Positions 8,772 through 17,986 of a DNA stretch of 64,000 bases are shown here, piece after piece. Below the pieces are notes generated by a model. It had not been told where the DNA came from. It made no database searches and was given only the letters and a program-made list of their open reading frames with translations. Made by a program: the position numbers and the translations under genes. Position 1 is the first letter of the stretch. Every line of letters begins with the position of its first letter. Where the stretch lies: IMG/VR virus record IMGVR_UViG_3300034111_001103, positions 64,001 to 128,000 of that record; one strand, 5' to 3'. This stretch comes from a virus.

Positions 8772-9034
8772 CAAAACAAGAAGAAGAAACTACTATAGAA
8801 TTAGTAAAATCTTTAGTAGGAAAAGAAGTAAGTTGTACTTTATATTATAGATTTATAAAAAAAGGTAAAATTATTAAAGAAGGAGATAAATATTATATAT
8901 TACAAAATGTAGAAGATGGGAATTCAGCTAAAAATAAACAAAATTATAATTATTCTTGGCAAATAGATAAAAATAATTGTGACAGATTAATAAATCTTAA
9001 ACCTTTAACACAATCAATAGAATTATGGATATAA
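8762..9034 (+). CDS. small protein ending IELWI, paralog of 9025..9303
   Basis: G.I.KEGD..YILQN..DG...Y.YSW shared with the next ORF. Confidence 0.8.
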   Translation: MDITKQEEETTIELVKSLVGKEVSCTLYYRFIKKGKIIKEGDKYYILQNVEDGNSAKNKQNYNYSWQIDKNNCDRLINLKPLTQSIELWI

Positions 9035-9303
9035 CAGAAATAACAGATGATATGGTAAGTAAAAAGATTACTTGTTATATAGATGGTACTTTTATAGATG
9101 ATGGAGAAATTACTAAAGAAGGTGATAATTTTTATATACTACAAAATGAACAAGATGGGTTTGAAATAAAAAATAAAAAAGGTTATAAATATTCTTGGAC
9201 ATTAAAGGACGGTTCTCAAATTAAATTAAAAAGTGAATTTATTAATGTATCTCAAATAAAACTTAAAGAATCTTTAACAACTTCTATAGAACTTTGGATC
9301 TAA
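9025..9303 (+). CDS. small protein ending IELWI, paralog of 8762..9034
   Basis: Same shared block as the previous ORF. Confidence 0.8.
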   Translation: MDITEITDDMVSKKITCYIDGTFIDDGEITKEGDNFYILQNEQDGFEIKNKKGYKYSWTLKDGSQIKLKSEFINVSQIKLKESLTTSIELWI

Positions 9304-9341
9304 AGTAAAAAATTACAAATAAACAATTAAAAAAAATAAAA

Positions 9342-9575
9342 ATGAAAAAAAGATTAGTAATACACAACAACAAATCATATGTATTAGTATCAAGTACTCA
9401 AATACATAAACCTTCTGTTAGAGTAACAGTAAGTGAAGATTTTCCTATCTCTAAAAAAAGAGAATTAAATGCAACAAAAAAAGCAATTAGATATTTAAGT
9501 GTACTAAATAGTATACAAGATACTAACAAAAAAGCTATTTTTGATCATGAAAATAACCAAATATTAGTAAATTAA
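9342..9575 (+). CDS. hypothetical protein
   Basis: ORF track. Confidence 0.65.
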   Translation: MKKRLVIHNNKSYVLVSSTQIHKPSVRVTVSEDFPISKKRELNATKKAIRYLSVLNSIQDTNKKAIFDHENNQILVN

Positions 9576-9588
9576 ATTAATATACAAA

Positions 9589-9759
9589 ATGATCACAAAA
9601 ATTATATTAAAAGTAGTATTAGTTTTAATACTACTTTTTTTATGCAATTGGATATTTAATCATATAAACCCTTGGGTAGGAATATTTTCTGCAATAGGAT
9701 TATGTTTAGGTACTCAATACATATTTAAAAAAGAAATAAATCAAATATTAAACAATTAA
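9589..9759 (+). CDS. small two-helix membrane protein (56 aa, not in ORF track)
   Basis: MITKIILKVVLVLILLFLCNWIFNHINPWVGIFSAIGL..., directly upstream of the SPFH gene. Confidence 0.6.
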   Translation: MITKIILKVVLVLILLFLCNWIFNHINPWVGIFSAIGLCLGTQYIFKKEINQILNN

Positions 9760-9774
9760 AAAAAACAGAAAATT

Positions 9775-10581
9775 ATGAAGAATTTTAAATTATTAGCAAT
9801 TACATTATTATTAAGTACAATATTTTTATTTTCTTGTCAAAGAGTAGCTCCTAATTATGTAGGAGTTCTTATGGAAAATTATGGTAAAGCAGGAAAAGAT
9901 GATTTCTCTATAGTAAAAGGTAGAGTTTCTACTATGTTTTCTCCTGGTTCAGAATTATTTCAAGTACCTTTATGGGAACAAAGAGCTGATTTTGCAGATA
10001 AAGCTTTACATTTAAAAGCTTCTGACAATACAGAATTTAGTTCTAAACCTATTTATTCTTTTGTAGTTATAGAAAAAAGAGCTATAGATGTAGTATTTGA
10101 AAATAAACATTTAGGTTCTGGAGATGATTTTATGACTTCTTTAGAAGATAATATCTTAGAAACTAAGATTTACGATTTAATGAAAGAAGAATCTAGAAAA
10201 TATACTACAGATGAATTAATGGCTACTGGAGGTTCTTTAAAGTTTGAAGAAACTTTACAAAAGATTGTAGCTGAAGAATTTACAAAAAAAGGTCTAGAAT
10301 TAAAAACATTTTCTTGTCAATTAGAATTTTCTGATAAAGTAAAAGCTAAAATTGATAATAGAAATGAAGTAAATACTAATATTTCTGTATTAGATCAACA
10401 AATTTTAGAACAAAGAAAAAGAAATGAATTAGCTGAATTAGAAGCACAAGCTAATATTATAAGATCAAAAGGTATTACACCACAAATTATTCAAGAATGG
10501 GCAATTGATAAGTGGGATGGAAAGCTTCCTACAACAATTACAGGAAATTCATCAACAGTTATGAATATTCCTATTAAATAA
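9775..10581 (+). CDS. SPFH / band-7 family membrane protein
   Basis: Lipoprotein-like signal (LFSC), RV.PNYVGVL..NYG, coiled coil, C-terminal IDKWDGKLP. Confidence 0.85.
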   Translation: MKNFKLLAITLLLSTIFLFSCQRVAPNYVGVLMENYGKAGKDDFSIVKGRVSTMFSPGSELFQVPLWEQRADFADKALHLKASDNTEFSSKPIYSFVVIEKRAIDVVFENKHLGSGDDFMTSLEDNILETKIYDLMKEESRKYTTDELMATGGSLKFEETLQKIVAEEFTKKGLELKTFSCQLEFSDKVKAKIDNRNEVNTNISVLDQQILEQRKRNELAELEAQANIIRSKGITPQIIQEWAIDKWDGKLPTTITGNSSTVMNIPIK

Positions 10582-10606
10582 TTAAAAATTAAATAAAAAA
10601 AAAATT

Positions 10607-11023
10607 ATGAATAAAATATCACTAAAATCACTAATAGAAAATGGTACTATTGTATCTTTTTCTAGACTAAGACAAAACAGTTCTGAATATCACTATATTA
10701 CTTTTCTAAGTAAAGTAGGAGAACAAACAGTTTCTCAAAATATCTATTTCTCTAAAAATTCTAATGAAATAGTTAAAAATTATAAAATAGGAGATGATAT
10801 TACAAATCTACTAATTACTTCAGAAATAGTATCTACAACAAATGAAGCAGGAGAAGTAAGATATAAATTATCTTTAGTAGATGATACTAAAGAATACATC
10901 AATTCTTCTACACTACTAAGTATATTTGGTATTAAAGAAGATACTAAAGATTTTGACTTAACACACTTTAAAACTCAATTCTCAGCAAAACCTGCTCCTG
11001 TAGTAGCTAATGTTGGAGGATAA
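10607..11023 (+). CDS. hypothetical protein
   Basis: ORF followed by a terminator. Confidence 0.75.
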   Translation: MNKISLKSLIENGTIVSFSRLRQNSSEYHYITFLSKVGEQTVSQNIYFSKNSNEIVKNYKIGDDITNLLITSEIVSTTNEAGEVRYKLSLVDDTKEYINSSTLLSIFGIKEDTKDFDLTHFKTQFSAKPAPVVANVGG

Positions 11024-11057
11024 TAAATAAGTTGTTTTTTTTTTTCATTTTAGTAAG

Positions 11058-11083
11058 ACCTAGTAGTAAAATACTAGGTTTTG
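11058..11083 (+). terminator. intrinsic terminator
   Basis: ACCTAGTA-GTAAAA-TACTAGGT then TTT. Confidence 0.65.
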
Positions 11084-11104
11084 CTTATTAAAATATATAA
11101 AAAT

Positions 11105-11263
11105 ATGAAAACATTTGGATTATTTATGCTATTATTTATTACAACAGCTATGGTAGTTAAATTAACAATTCCTGGATATTCAGTAGGAGAAATTGGTATA
11201 CAAAGTACTTTATATGCTTATATTATGCAACAATATATGACTAAGAAAGACAATGATAACTGA
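11105..11263 (+). CDS. small membrane protein
   Basis: Likely start MKTFG; hydrophobic. Confidence 0.55.
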   Translation: MKTFGLFMLLFITTAMVVKLTIPGYSVGEIGIQSTLYAYIMQQYMTKKDNDN

Positions 11264-11483
11264 AGCACAAAAAGAAGCACAAGAATTATTTGATAAATTT
11301 AATAAAGAAGGTTTACATCAGATTTCTAGCATAATAAATAGAACTATTAGAAAACAAATGATTAAACAATGTGCAATTATATCAATAAATGAAACAATTA
11401 AATATGCTAAAACATTTGGAGATGTAACAGAATTAGATATTGTACATTATGAAGAAACTAAACAAGAAATAGAGAAATTATGA
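11253..11483 (+). CDS. hypothetical phage protein (A.EL..KF..KQCA..KQEIEKL family)
   Basis: Related short ORF at 54788..54958. Confidence 0.75.
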   Translation: MITEAQKEAQELFDKFNKEGLHQISSIINRTIRKQMIKQCAIISINETIKYAKTFGDVTELDIVHYEETKQEIEKL

Positions 11484-11523
11484 GAAATGTATACTTAATA
11501 GAAACAGATAAACCAAGTAGGTT

Positions 11524-11757
11524 ATGGGAAAATTATTAAATAGTTTAAATAAACAACTCAAATCAGAACATAAATCAGATGCGGAAGATTGTTTAAAAAT
11601 TTATAATCATTTAAAAGAAACTAATGATGGTAGAGTTTGGGAAAGTCAATGGAATAATTTAATATCTACAAATTTTGAAGGTACATATCCTAATTCTATT
11701 AGAATTTCAAAACCTAATTCCATAGGTAAAATATTTTTAAAAGGTTTAGATAAATAA
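11524..11757 (+). CDS. hypothetical protein
   Basis: ORF track. Confidence 0.65.
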   Translation: MGKLLNSLNKQLKSEHKSDAEDCLKIYNHLKETNDGRVWESQWNNLISTNFEGTYPNSIRISKPNSIGKIFLKGLDK

Positions 11758-11758
11758 A

Positions 11759-11790
11759 TTTGGTTTTGTAATTTATTTGTTGTATATTTG
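11759..11790 (+). promoter_or_regulatory. Bacteroidota -33/-7 promoter
   Basis: TTTG-N20-TATATTTG. Confidence 0.75.
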
Positions 11791-11811
11791 TAGGATAAAA
11801 TATATAACATT

Positions 11812-11949
11812 ATGATAAAAGAAAAAGACTTAACAATCAGGATTGAGTTTGAACTCAAAGAAAAACTACAACAAAAAGCTAAATCACTAGGTTTATCTAC
11901 TTCTGCTTATGTGAGAATGATAATTAAAAAGGAGATTGAGAATGAATAA
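11812..11949 (+). CDS. ribbon-helix-helix DNA-binding protein (45 aa, not in ORF track)
   Basis: MIKEKDLTIRIEFELKEKLQQKAKSLGLSTSAYVRMIIKKEIENE fits the CopG/Arc pattern. Confidence 0.75.
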   Translation: MIKEKDLTIRIEFELKEKLQQKAKSLGLSTSAYVRMIIKKEIENE

Positions 11950-12514
11950 TCAAGAAATATGGAAAGATATCATAGGTTATGAAATGTTTTATCAAGTTTC
12001 TAATTTTGAAAATGTTAGAAGTTTAGATAGAATAGTTAATAAACCTAATGGAATTTTTTATATAAGAAAAGGTAAGCTTTGTGTTCAATCTAAAAGCAAT
12101 CTTGGGTATATGACTGTTGGATTTACAGTTAACAATAAGAAAGTAAACAAGTATGTCCATAGATTAGTTGCAGAAGCTTTCATTATTAATAACAACAATT
12201 ATCCACAAGTAAACCATATAGATTGTAACAAAACCAATAATAGAATGGATAATCTTGAATGGTGTACTAATTCTCAAAATCATATTCACGCATCTAAAAA
12301 TGGATTAAACAAACTTCATTTACATAGAGTTGCATATTCAGGAGAAAAAAATGGTAGGTCATTATTAACTAAAGAACAAGTTTTAGAAATAAAACAAAAG
12401 TATATTCCTTATAAGTATTCTGCTAAAAAATTAGCTAAAGAGTATAATGTAAGTGAATCATGTATAACACATATTTTAAATAACACATCATGGAAAGAAA
12501 TATCTATAAAATAG
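11942..12514 (+). CDS. NUMOD4-HNH homing endonuclease
   Basis: EIWKDIIGYE..YQVSN..VRSLDR; VHRLVAEAFI..VNHIDCNKTNN..NLEW; C-terminal HTH. Confidence 0.9.
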   Translation: MNNQEIWKDIIGYEMFYQVSNFENVRSLDRIVNKPNGIFYIRKGKLCVQSKSNLGYMTVGFTVNNKKVNKYVHRLVAEAFIINNNNYPQVNHIDCNKTNNRMDNLEWCTNSQNHIHASKNGLNKLHLHRVAYSGEKNGRSLLTKEQVLEIKQKYIPYKYSAKKLAKEYNVSESCITHILNNTSWKEISIK

Positions 12515-13209
12515 GAAAAGAATTGTTTATCACTAATGATGAAGAAATTAAAGAAGGAGATTGGTTTATGTCAGACTTTAATAGTTTTCCAATACATAAT
12601 ATTAAAGAACTTTCAGAAAGAGAAGGAACTTTAAGTTGGGAACAAAAGGATTTAAAAAACAATCTTAAAATCATACTTACAACAGATGACTTGTTAATTA
12701 AAGATGGTGTACAAGCTATTGATGATGAGTTTTTAGAATGGTTTGTTAAAAATACCTGTTGTGAGTTTGTTAAAACTACAAATTATTTTGAAGAATTTGG
12801 AAAAATGGATTTAATAAAATACAAAATAATAATTCCAAAAGAAGAACCTAAACAAGAAGCAAGAGTTTTTGGTGGTAAAGATAATAAAATTTTTTGGATA
12901 GATAAACCTGTTCAAAAAGGACACCCTGACTATAAAGAAACACCTGAAGAAGCTGCGTTAAGATTATATCCGAAAATTATTACTGACCCTTACAATCCTT
13001 CTGAAGATTTATTAGAAGAAGAAAGAGATATTTTTGTCAATGGTGCTAAATGGCAACAAAAAAGAATGTATAGTGAGGAAGAAGTTGAGTCAATATGGAA
13101 ATTTGCTCTATATTTGGCAGAACAGCATGATAAATTTGGAACTAAAAATAAAAGTAATTTTATTAGAAAAGATGTAGAAGAATTTATTGAACAATTCAAA
13201 AAGAAATAA
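12490..13209 (+). CDS. hypothetical phage protein
   Basis: ITNDEEIKEGDW and KIILTTD.LIKDGVQAIDDEFLEWFVKN blocks typical of Bacteroidota phages. Confidence 0.8.
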   Translation: MERNIYKIGKELFITNDEEIKEGDWFMSDFNSFPIHNIKELSEREGTLSWEQKDLKNNLKIILTTDDLLIKDGVQAIDDEFLEWFVKNTCCEFVKTTNYFEEFGKMDLIKYKIIIPKEEPKQEARVFGGKDNKIFWIDKPVQKGHPDYKETPEEAALRLYPKIITDPYNPSEDLLEEERDIFVNGAKWQQKRMYSEEEVESIWKFALYLAEQHDKFGTKNKSNFIRKDVEEFIEQFKKK

Positions 13210-13210
13210 A

Positions 13211-13381
13211 ATGGAAATTATAATAATAACAATATTTGCATTAATTCTACTATATTATCATTACAAACCTTTTTTAGAAAAACAACAAAATGGGGATTGG
13301 TTACTATGGTATAATGATCATGAAAAAATAATATCTGGTAGAAAATATATTTTAATTAAAAAAAGACATAAATATGACTAA
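13211..13381 (+). CDS. small membrane-anchored protein
   Basis: Likely start MEIIII; hydrophobic N-terminus. Confidence 0.55.
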   Translation: MEIIIITIFALILLYYHYKPFLEKQQNGDWLLWYNDHEKIISGRKYILIKKRHKYD

Positions 13382-13678
13382 TTGGCTTATAAGAAATAAA
13401 GAATTATATACTAAATTCCTTTCAGATGAAGTATCTATAGAAGATATAAAGAAATTATATAATGAAAAAATATAAAATAACTTTTTTAATGATAAGTCAA
13501 GGACATTACTTTAAAAATGAAATAAAAGAAATTCAAGGAACTTTATATATTTCTGAAAATTATTATAGTATAATAGATGATAAAGGAAAAAGACATTTAT
13601 TTCCAATAAATAATATTTATATTGAAGAAATATAACTATATTTGTATTTTTAAAACACAAATAAAATAAACAAAAAAT

Positions 13679-14344
13679 ATGGCAGAATTTATAGCAATAG
13701 CAGGAATTAGTGGCAGTGGAAAATCAACAGCAATTCAATATTTAGATCCAAAAGAAACATATTTAATAAATGTTTCAGGTAAAAGATTACCTTTTAAAGG
13801 TAGTTCAAAACTATACAATACAGAAAATAAAAATTATTATGAACCTTTAAGTATAGAAGATACTATTAATAAAATTAAAGTAGTAGCAGAAAAAGCTCCT
13901 CATATTAAAGAATTAGTTATAGATGATAGTAATTATCTTCAAACTTTTAATATGATGTCTAAAGCAACAGAGACTGGTTATACTAAATTTACTCTTTTAG
14001 CTAGAGATATTGTAAAATTAATTCAAGAAGGGAAAAAACTAAGAGATGATTTAATTATTTATTATATTTCTCATATCGAAGATGTAAAAGACGGAGAAGA
14101 TATTGTTTCTTATAAATTAAAAACAATCGGAAAAATGCTTGATAATCAAGTAGTTATGGAAGGTTTATTTACTGTTATACTTTATACTAATGTAGAATGT
14201 AAAGGAGATGATTGTAAATATCAATTTATAACTAATAGATATGGTAAACTCTTAGCTAAAAGTCCTTCAGGAATGTTTAAAGACCTTAAAATAGATAATA
14301 ACTTAAAAATTGTATCTGATACTATTAGAGAATATTATAACTAA
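13679..14344 (+). CDS. P-loop AAA-type ATPase (crAss-like replication/recombination ATPase)
   Basis: GISGSGKST Walker A, LVIDD Walker B, AKSP.GMF. Confidence 0.85.
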   Translation: MAEFIAIAGISGSGKSTAIQYLDPKETYLINVSGKRLPFKGSSKLYNTENKNYYEPLSIEDTINKIKVVAEKAPHIKELVIDDSNYLQTFNMMSKATETGYTKFTLLARDIVKLIQEGKKLRDDLIIYYISHIEDVKDGEDIVSYKLKTIGKMLDNQVVMEGLFTVILYTNVECKGDDCKYQFITNRYGKLLAKSPSGMFKDLKIDNNLKIVSDTIREYYN

Positions 14345-14355
14345 AATAAAATAAT

Positions 14356-15369
14356 ATGAATATAGTAGAAAAAGTTAATTTAAAAGACCTTATAGAATCT
14401 AAATTAACTCATTTAGATCTTTATTCTTACTATATGCCTCATAGTTTTGAACTAAATAAGAATTGTTCAAATCCTTTTGTAACAAAAGATAAAAACCCTT
14501 CTTTTAGAGTATTCTATAAGGAGGGTTCTTATTTTCATAAAGCTTATAATAGTAGTCATAAAGGTACTATATATGATTTTCTTAAAGATTTATATAATAT
14601 ATCTTACAAAGAAGTATTAGATAAAATAGCTGAAGATTTTGGTTTAAAGGAAAAAACAGGTAAAAAGTATGAAAAAATTATTACTGAATTACCTAAAATA
14701 GAAATAAGAGAATCTATTTTACCAAATATTAAAGCTATATCTAAGAACTTTCAGAAAGAACATATTGATTACCTGGCACAATTTGCCTTAACTTTAGATA
14801 GTTTAAACTCTGTAAAAGATACAGAAATTTTAGCATTATCTAAATTTTGGATAAATAACAATCTTTATTCTTTAGATAAAGAAGAAGTAGGTTTTATCTA
14901 CTATTGTACAGATATAAACAAAGTAAAAATATATCTTCCTCAAAGAGATAAAGGTAAAAGATTTTATTCTTGCTTACCTTTTACTTATATACATGGTAAA
15001 GAATCTTTTAAATGTGTAAATGATCAAAAACACAAGAAAGGTATCTTAACAAAGTCTATAAAAGATGCTTTGGTGCTTTCTAAATATATTCAATATCCAA
15101 TAGGAGTAGTACAAGCAGAAAATCCTACTTCTATAACACAAGAAGATATAGAATTTTTTAATGAAAATGTTGAAGAAATGTTTATATCTTGGGATTCTGA
15201 TGGACCTGGGGTAAAAAATTGTAAAGAATTAACCTCAAAATTAGGTTGGAATTATATAAATCCTCCTAAAAGATATTTACCAAACATAAAAGATTGGGCA
15301 GATCTTCAGAAGGAAATAGGAGAAAAAGCTCTTTTAAATGAATTCAAAAAGAAAAAATTAATTTTATAA
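14356..15369 (+). CDS. DNA primase
   Basis: NPF..D.NPSF zinc-finger-like region; TOPRIM TKSIKD, WDSDGPG, KDWAD. Confidence 0.85.
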   Translation: MNIVEKVNLKDLIESKLTHLDLYSYYMPHSFELNKNCSNPFVTKDKNPSFRVFYKEGSYFHKAYNSSHKGTIYDFLKDLYNISYKEVLDKIAEDFGLKEKTGKKYEKIITELPKIEIRESILPNIKAISKNFQKEHIDYLAQFALTLDSLNSVKDTEILALSKFWINNNLYSLDKEEVGFIYYCTDINKVKIYLPQRDKGKRFYSCLPFTYIHGKESFKCVNDQKHKKGILTKSIKDALVLSKYIQYPIGVVQAENPTSITQEDIEFFNENVEEMFISWDSDGPGVKNCKELTSKLGWNYINPPKRYLPNIKDWADLQKEIGEKALLNEFKKKKLIL

Positions 15370-15384
15370 CAAAATAAAAACAAA

Positions 15385-17427
15385 ATGAAAGAAAATGAAG
15401 AAATATTAAAAATAACAGATTTAGTAAAAAATGAAATTTACTATTTTGAATCTAATGTAAAATGGATTTTAAGATTTGATAGTTTAACAGAAGAAAATAT
15501 ATTAGTTAATGGTTCTATTTCTGAAAGTTTGTATTATGGAGAAAAAGAAGCGTTTTGGGGGCAGCTTAATGATGCTAAAAATATAAGAAAAGCTACAAAA
15601 AAAGAAATTTATTGGTTTTTAGAATGCGAAAAATTAAATAAGTTTATCAAATATGAAGAAGCAATGAAAACTTTTATAGAAGAATCAGAATTATATGATA
15701 TAAGTAAATTAACTCCTTATCCTAGAGGATATAATGATTTAAAAAGAGGAGATAAAGCTATTTATATAAGTCATGATAAAACTTCTAATAATTGTAAAAA
15801 ATATATACCTTTAGGTAGTATAGTAACTATTAAAGAAAATGGTAGTAATATTCCTATAATTTCATATGATAAATATCCTGAAGCAATTTTTTGTTGTAAT
15901 ACTTATAATTTAGCTCCTATACCAGAAAAACAAAAAGAAAATACTTCTTTAGTAGGTAGATATTTAAAAGCTTTAGTAGATGATGCTCAAAGTACAACTT
16001 TTAAAAAAGGTACATATGTAGAAATAATTGAAAAAATTAATGATAATCAATATAATTTAAAAGGATATTGGACTTATACTATTAATAATAGTACAGCTGA
16101 CAATTGGCAATTAATGCCTGAAGGATTTAATCCTGAAGAAATTAAAGTAGATAGTGTTCCTGAATATGTAGAATACATTGAAACTCAATATAAAGGGCAA
16201 ATTGTTAAAGTTGAAAATTGGGGTTCAGCAAGTTATTGTAAAGTAATATTTCATGATGGTAATAAAGAACAACCTTTTAAATATTTAGTTAAAAAATCTT
16301 CTAAAGCAGAATACGATTTACAAAATAAACCTAAAGAAATGAAAAAAGTAGAAGATTTAGTATATCCTGATGTAATAGAATTAGAATCTCAAGAACAATT
16401 AGATAAGATTTTAAAATATAATCCTAGATTATATAAAAGTTTTAAAAGATATATGTTATTTGGAGAAAAAGATGCGAAAATAGGTTGGGGTACTTCTACT
16501 AGTTATAGTGATATATTTTATAACAATTACAAATTTTCAGATATTATATTTCCAGAAGAAACTACAAAACAATATGATTATGAAGTAGTACATTGTACAA
16601 CACAAGAAGAGTGGGATTTTGCTTGTGATAAATATAATAAAGGTATTTATGTAAAAGAACAATTTGTAAAATATGGTTATAATACTTTTGTGATGTCTAA
16701 TTTTAGTGGATGGAATAAAAAAGAATTTTTTTTAAGTGATCCTCTTTATAATAAAAGTCTCAAAATCTACACTTTCAAAGAATATTGTGATAAATTTGGA
16801 TATACACCTGATTTTATAGAAAAAGAAGAAAAATGGATTCCTAAAGTAGGAGAATGGATTGTAGCCTTAGAAACAATAGGAGATTTAATTACTAAAAATA
16901 AGGTTTATCAATTGAAAAAACTAGATCAATTTGGAATGTGGCATTTATGTGATGATGGTACAACAAATGGTTATGATAGTTCTAAATATAGATTAGCTTT
17001 TCCACATGAAATACTTAATAATCAACAAAATGATCAAACTATAGATATAGGAGATACAGTTAATACTTCTGATGGTAATGGTATTGTTATAGGTATTAAT
17101 ACTAGAAACATGTATTTAGTTAAAGGGGCTAGGAAAATACATCATGGTTTTCCCCAATATAATACTTTAATAAAAGGAAATTTTAGTGATAAAGAAGATA
17201 GTTATTATTATGACTTAGACCAATTAACTTTAGTTAAAAAAGCTAATAAATCTAATATTGATATTGTCAGAGAAACAAAAATATTATCTATAAACACTAA
17301 TTTACCTCTTAAAAAAACAATAGTAGAGTTTGAAATTTATGATCAAAATATTAGTCTTAAAAAAGATACAATTATAGAATTAGATACAAATTTATTAAAA
17401 AACATTAAAAAACCAATTAAATTTTAA
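15385..17427 (+). CDS. large mosaic hypothetical protein
   Basis: 680 aa that appear to be a string of short modules. Confidence 0.8.
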   Translation: MKENEEILKITDLVKNEIYYFESNVKWILRFDSLTEENILVNGSISESLYYGEKEAFWGQLNDAKNIRKATKKEIYWFLECEKLNKFIKYEEAMKTFIEESELYDISKLTPYPRGYNDLKRGDKAIYISHDKTSNNCKKYIPLGSIVTIKENGSNIPIISYDKYPEAIFCCNTYNLAPIPEKQKENTSLVGRYLKALVDDAQSTTFKKGTYVEIIEKINDNQYNLKGYWTYTINNSTADNWQLMPEGFNPEEIKVDSVPEYVEYIETQYKGQIVKVENWGSASYCKVIFHDGNKEQPFKYLVKKSSKAEYDLQNKPKEMKKVEDLVYPDVIELESQEQLDKILKYNPRLYKSFKRYMLFGEKDAKIGWGTSTSYSDIFYNNYKFSDIIFPEETTKQYDYEVVHCTTQEEWDFACDKYNKGIYVKEQFVKYGYNTFVMSNFSGWNKKEFFLSDPLYNKSLKIYTFKEYCDKFGYTPDFIEKEEKWIPKVGEWIVALETIGDLITKNKVYQLKKLDQFGMWHLCDDGTTNGYDSSKYRLAFPHEILNNQQNDQTIDIGDTVNTSDGNGIVIGINTRNMYLVKGARKIHHGFPQYNTLIKGNFSDKEDSYYYDLDQLTLVKKANKSNIDIVRETKILSINTNLPLKKTIVEFEIYDQNISLKKDTIIELDTNLLKNIKKPIKF

Positions 17428-17432
17428 ACATT

Positions 17433-17909
17433 ATGGCAACTAAAAGAAATTCAAGTAAAAAAGTAACAGTAAACACAAATTCATCATCAAACAAAAATCA
17501 AAATCAAAACACAATGGGAGCAACAACAAAAGTATCAAACTTTACAAGTAAAGTATTAGCAGAATTTAACAAATCTGACAAAGAAAAACAAATGGAATCT
17601 GTAGAAGATTTTAGACTTCATGCTATTATTGAAACAGAAAGTGTTATAGGATCATTAAAAACAAATGCTATTCCTTCTTTAGAATTAGACCTTAAAAAAG
17701 CAGAAAGAACTTTAGAAAGTGCTGAAAAAACTTATGAAAAATGTAGATATTCTACAGCATATTCTTATCAAGAGTATTTAGAAGCAAGAAAATATGCTTT
17801 AGGTTCTATTAGAGATGCAAAAAACACTATTAATGACATTAATAGTAAAATTGAGAATCAAAAAGCTCAATTAGCTATGTATCAAGAAATTTTAGCAGAT
17901 CTATCTTAA
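17433..17909 (+). CDS. coiled-coil hypothetical protein
   Basis: Long heptad helices. Confidence 0.8.
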   Translation: MATKRNSSKKVTVNTNSSSNKNQNQNTMGATTKVSNFTSKVLAEFNKSDKEKQMESVEDFRLHAIIETESVIGSLKTNAIPSLELDLKKAERTLESAEKTYEKCRYSTAYSYQEYLEARKYALGSIRDAKNTINDINSKIENQKAQLAMYQEILADLS

Positions 17910-17932
17910 TATTTTAAGATTTTAAGTATAAA

Positions 17933-17970
17933 AGTCCTAGTATAGTAAAATATACTAGGACTTATTTTTT
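17933..17970 (+). terminator. intrinsic terminator
   Basis: AGTCCTAGTATA-GTAAAA-TATACTAGGACT then T-rich tail. Confidence 0.7.
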
Positions 17971-17986
17971 CATTAAAACAAACAAA

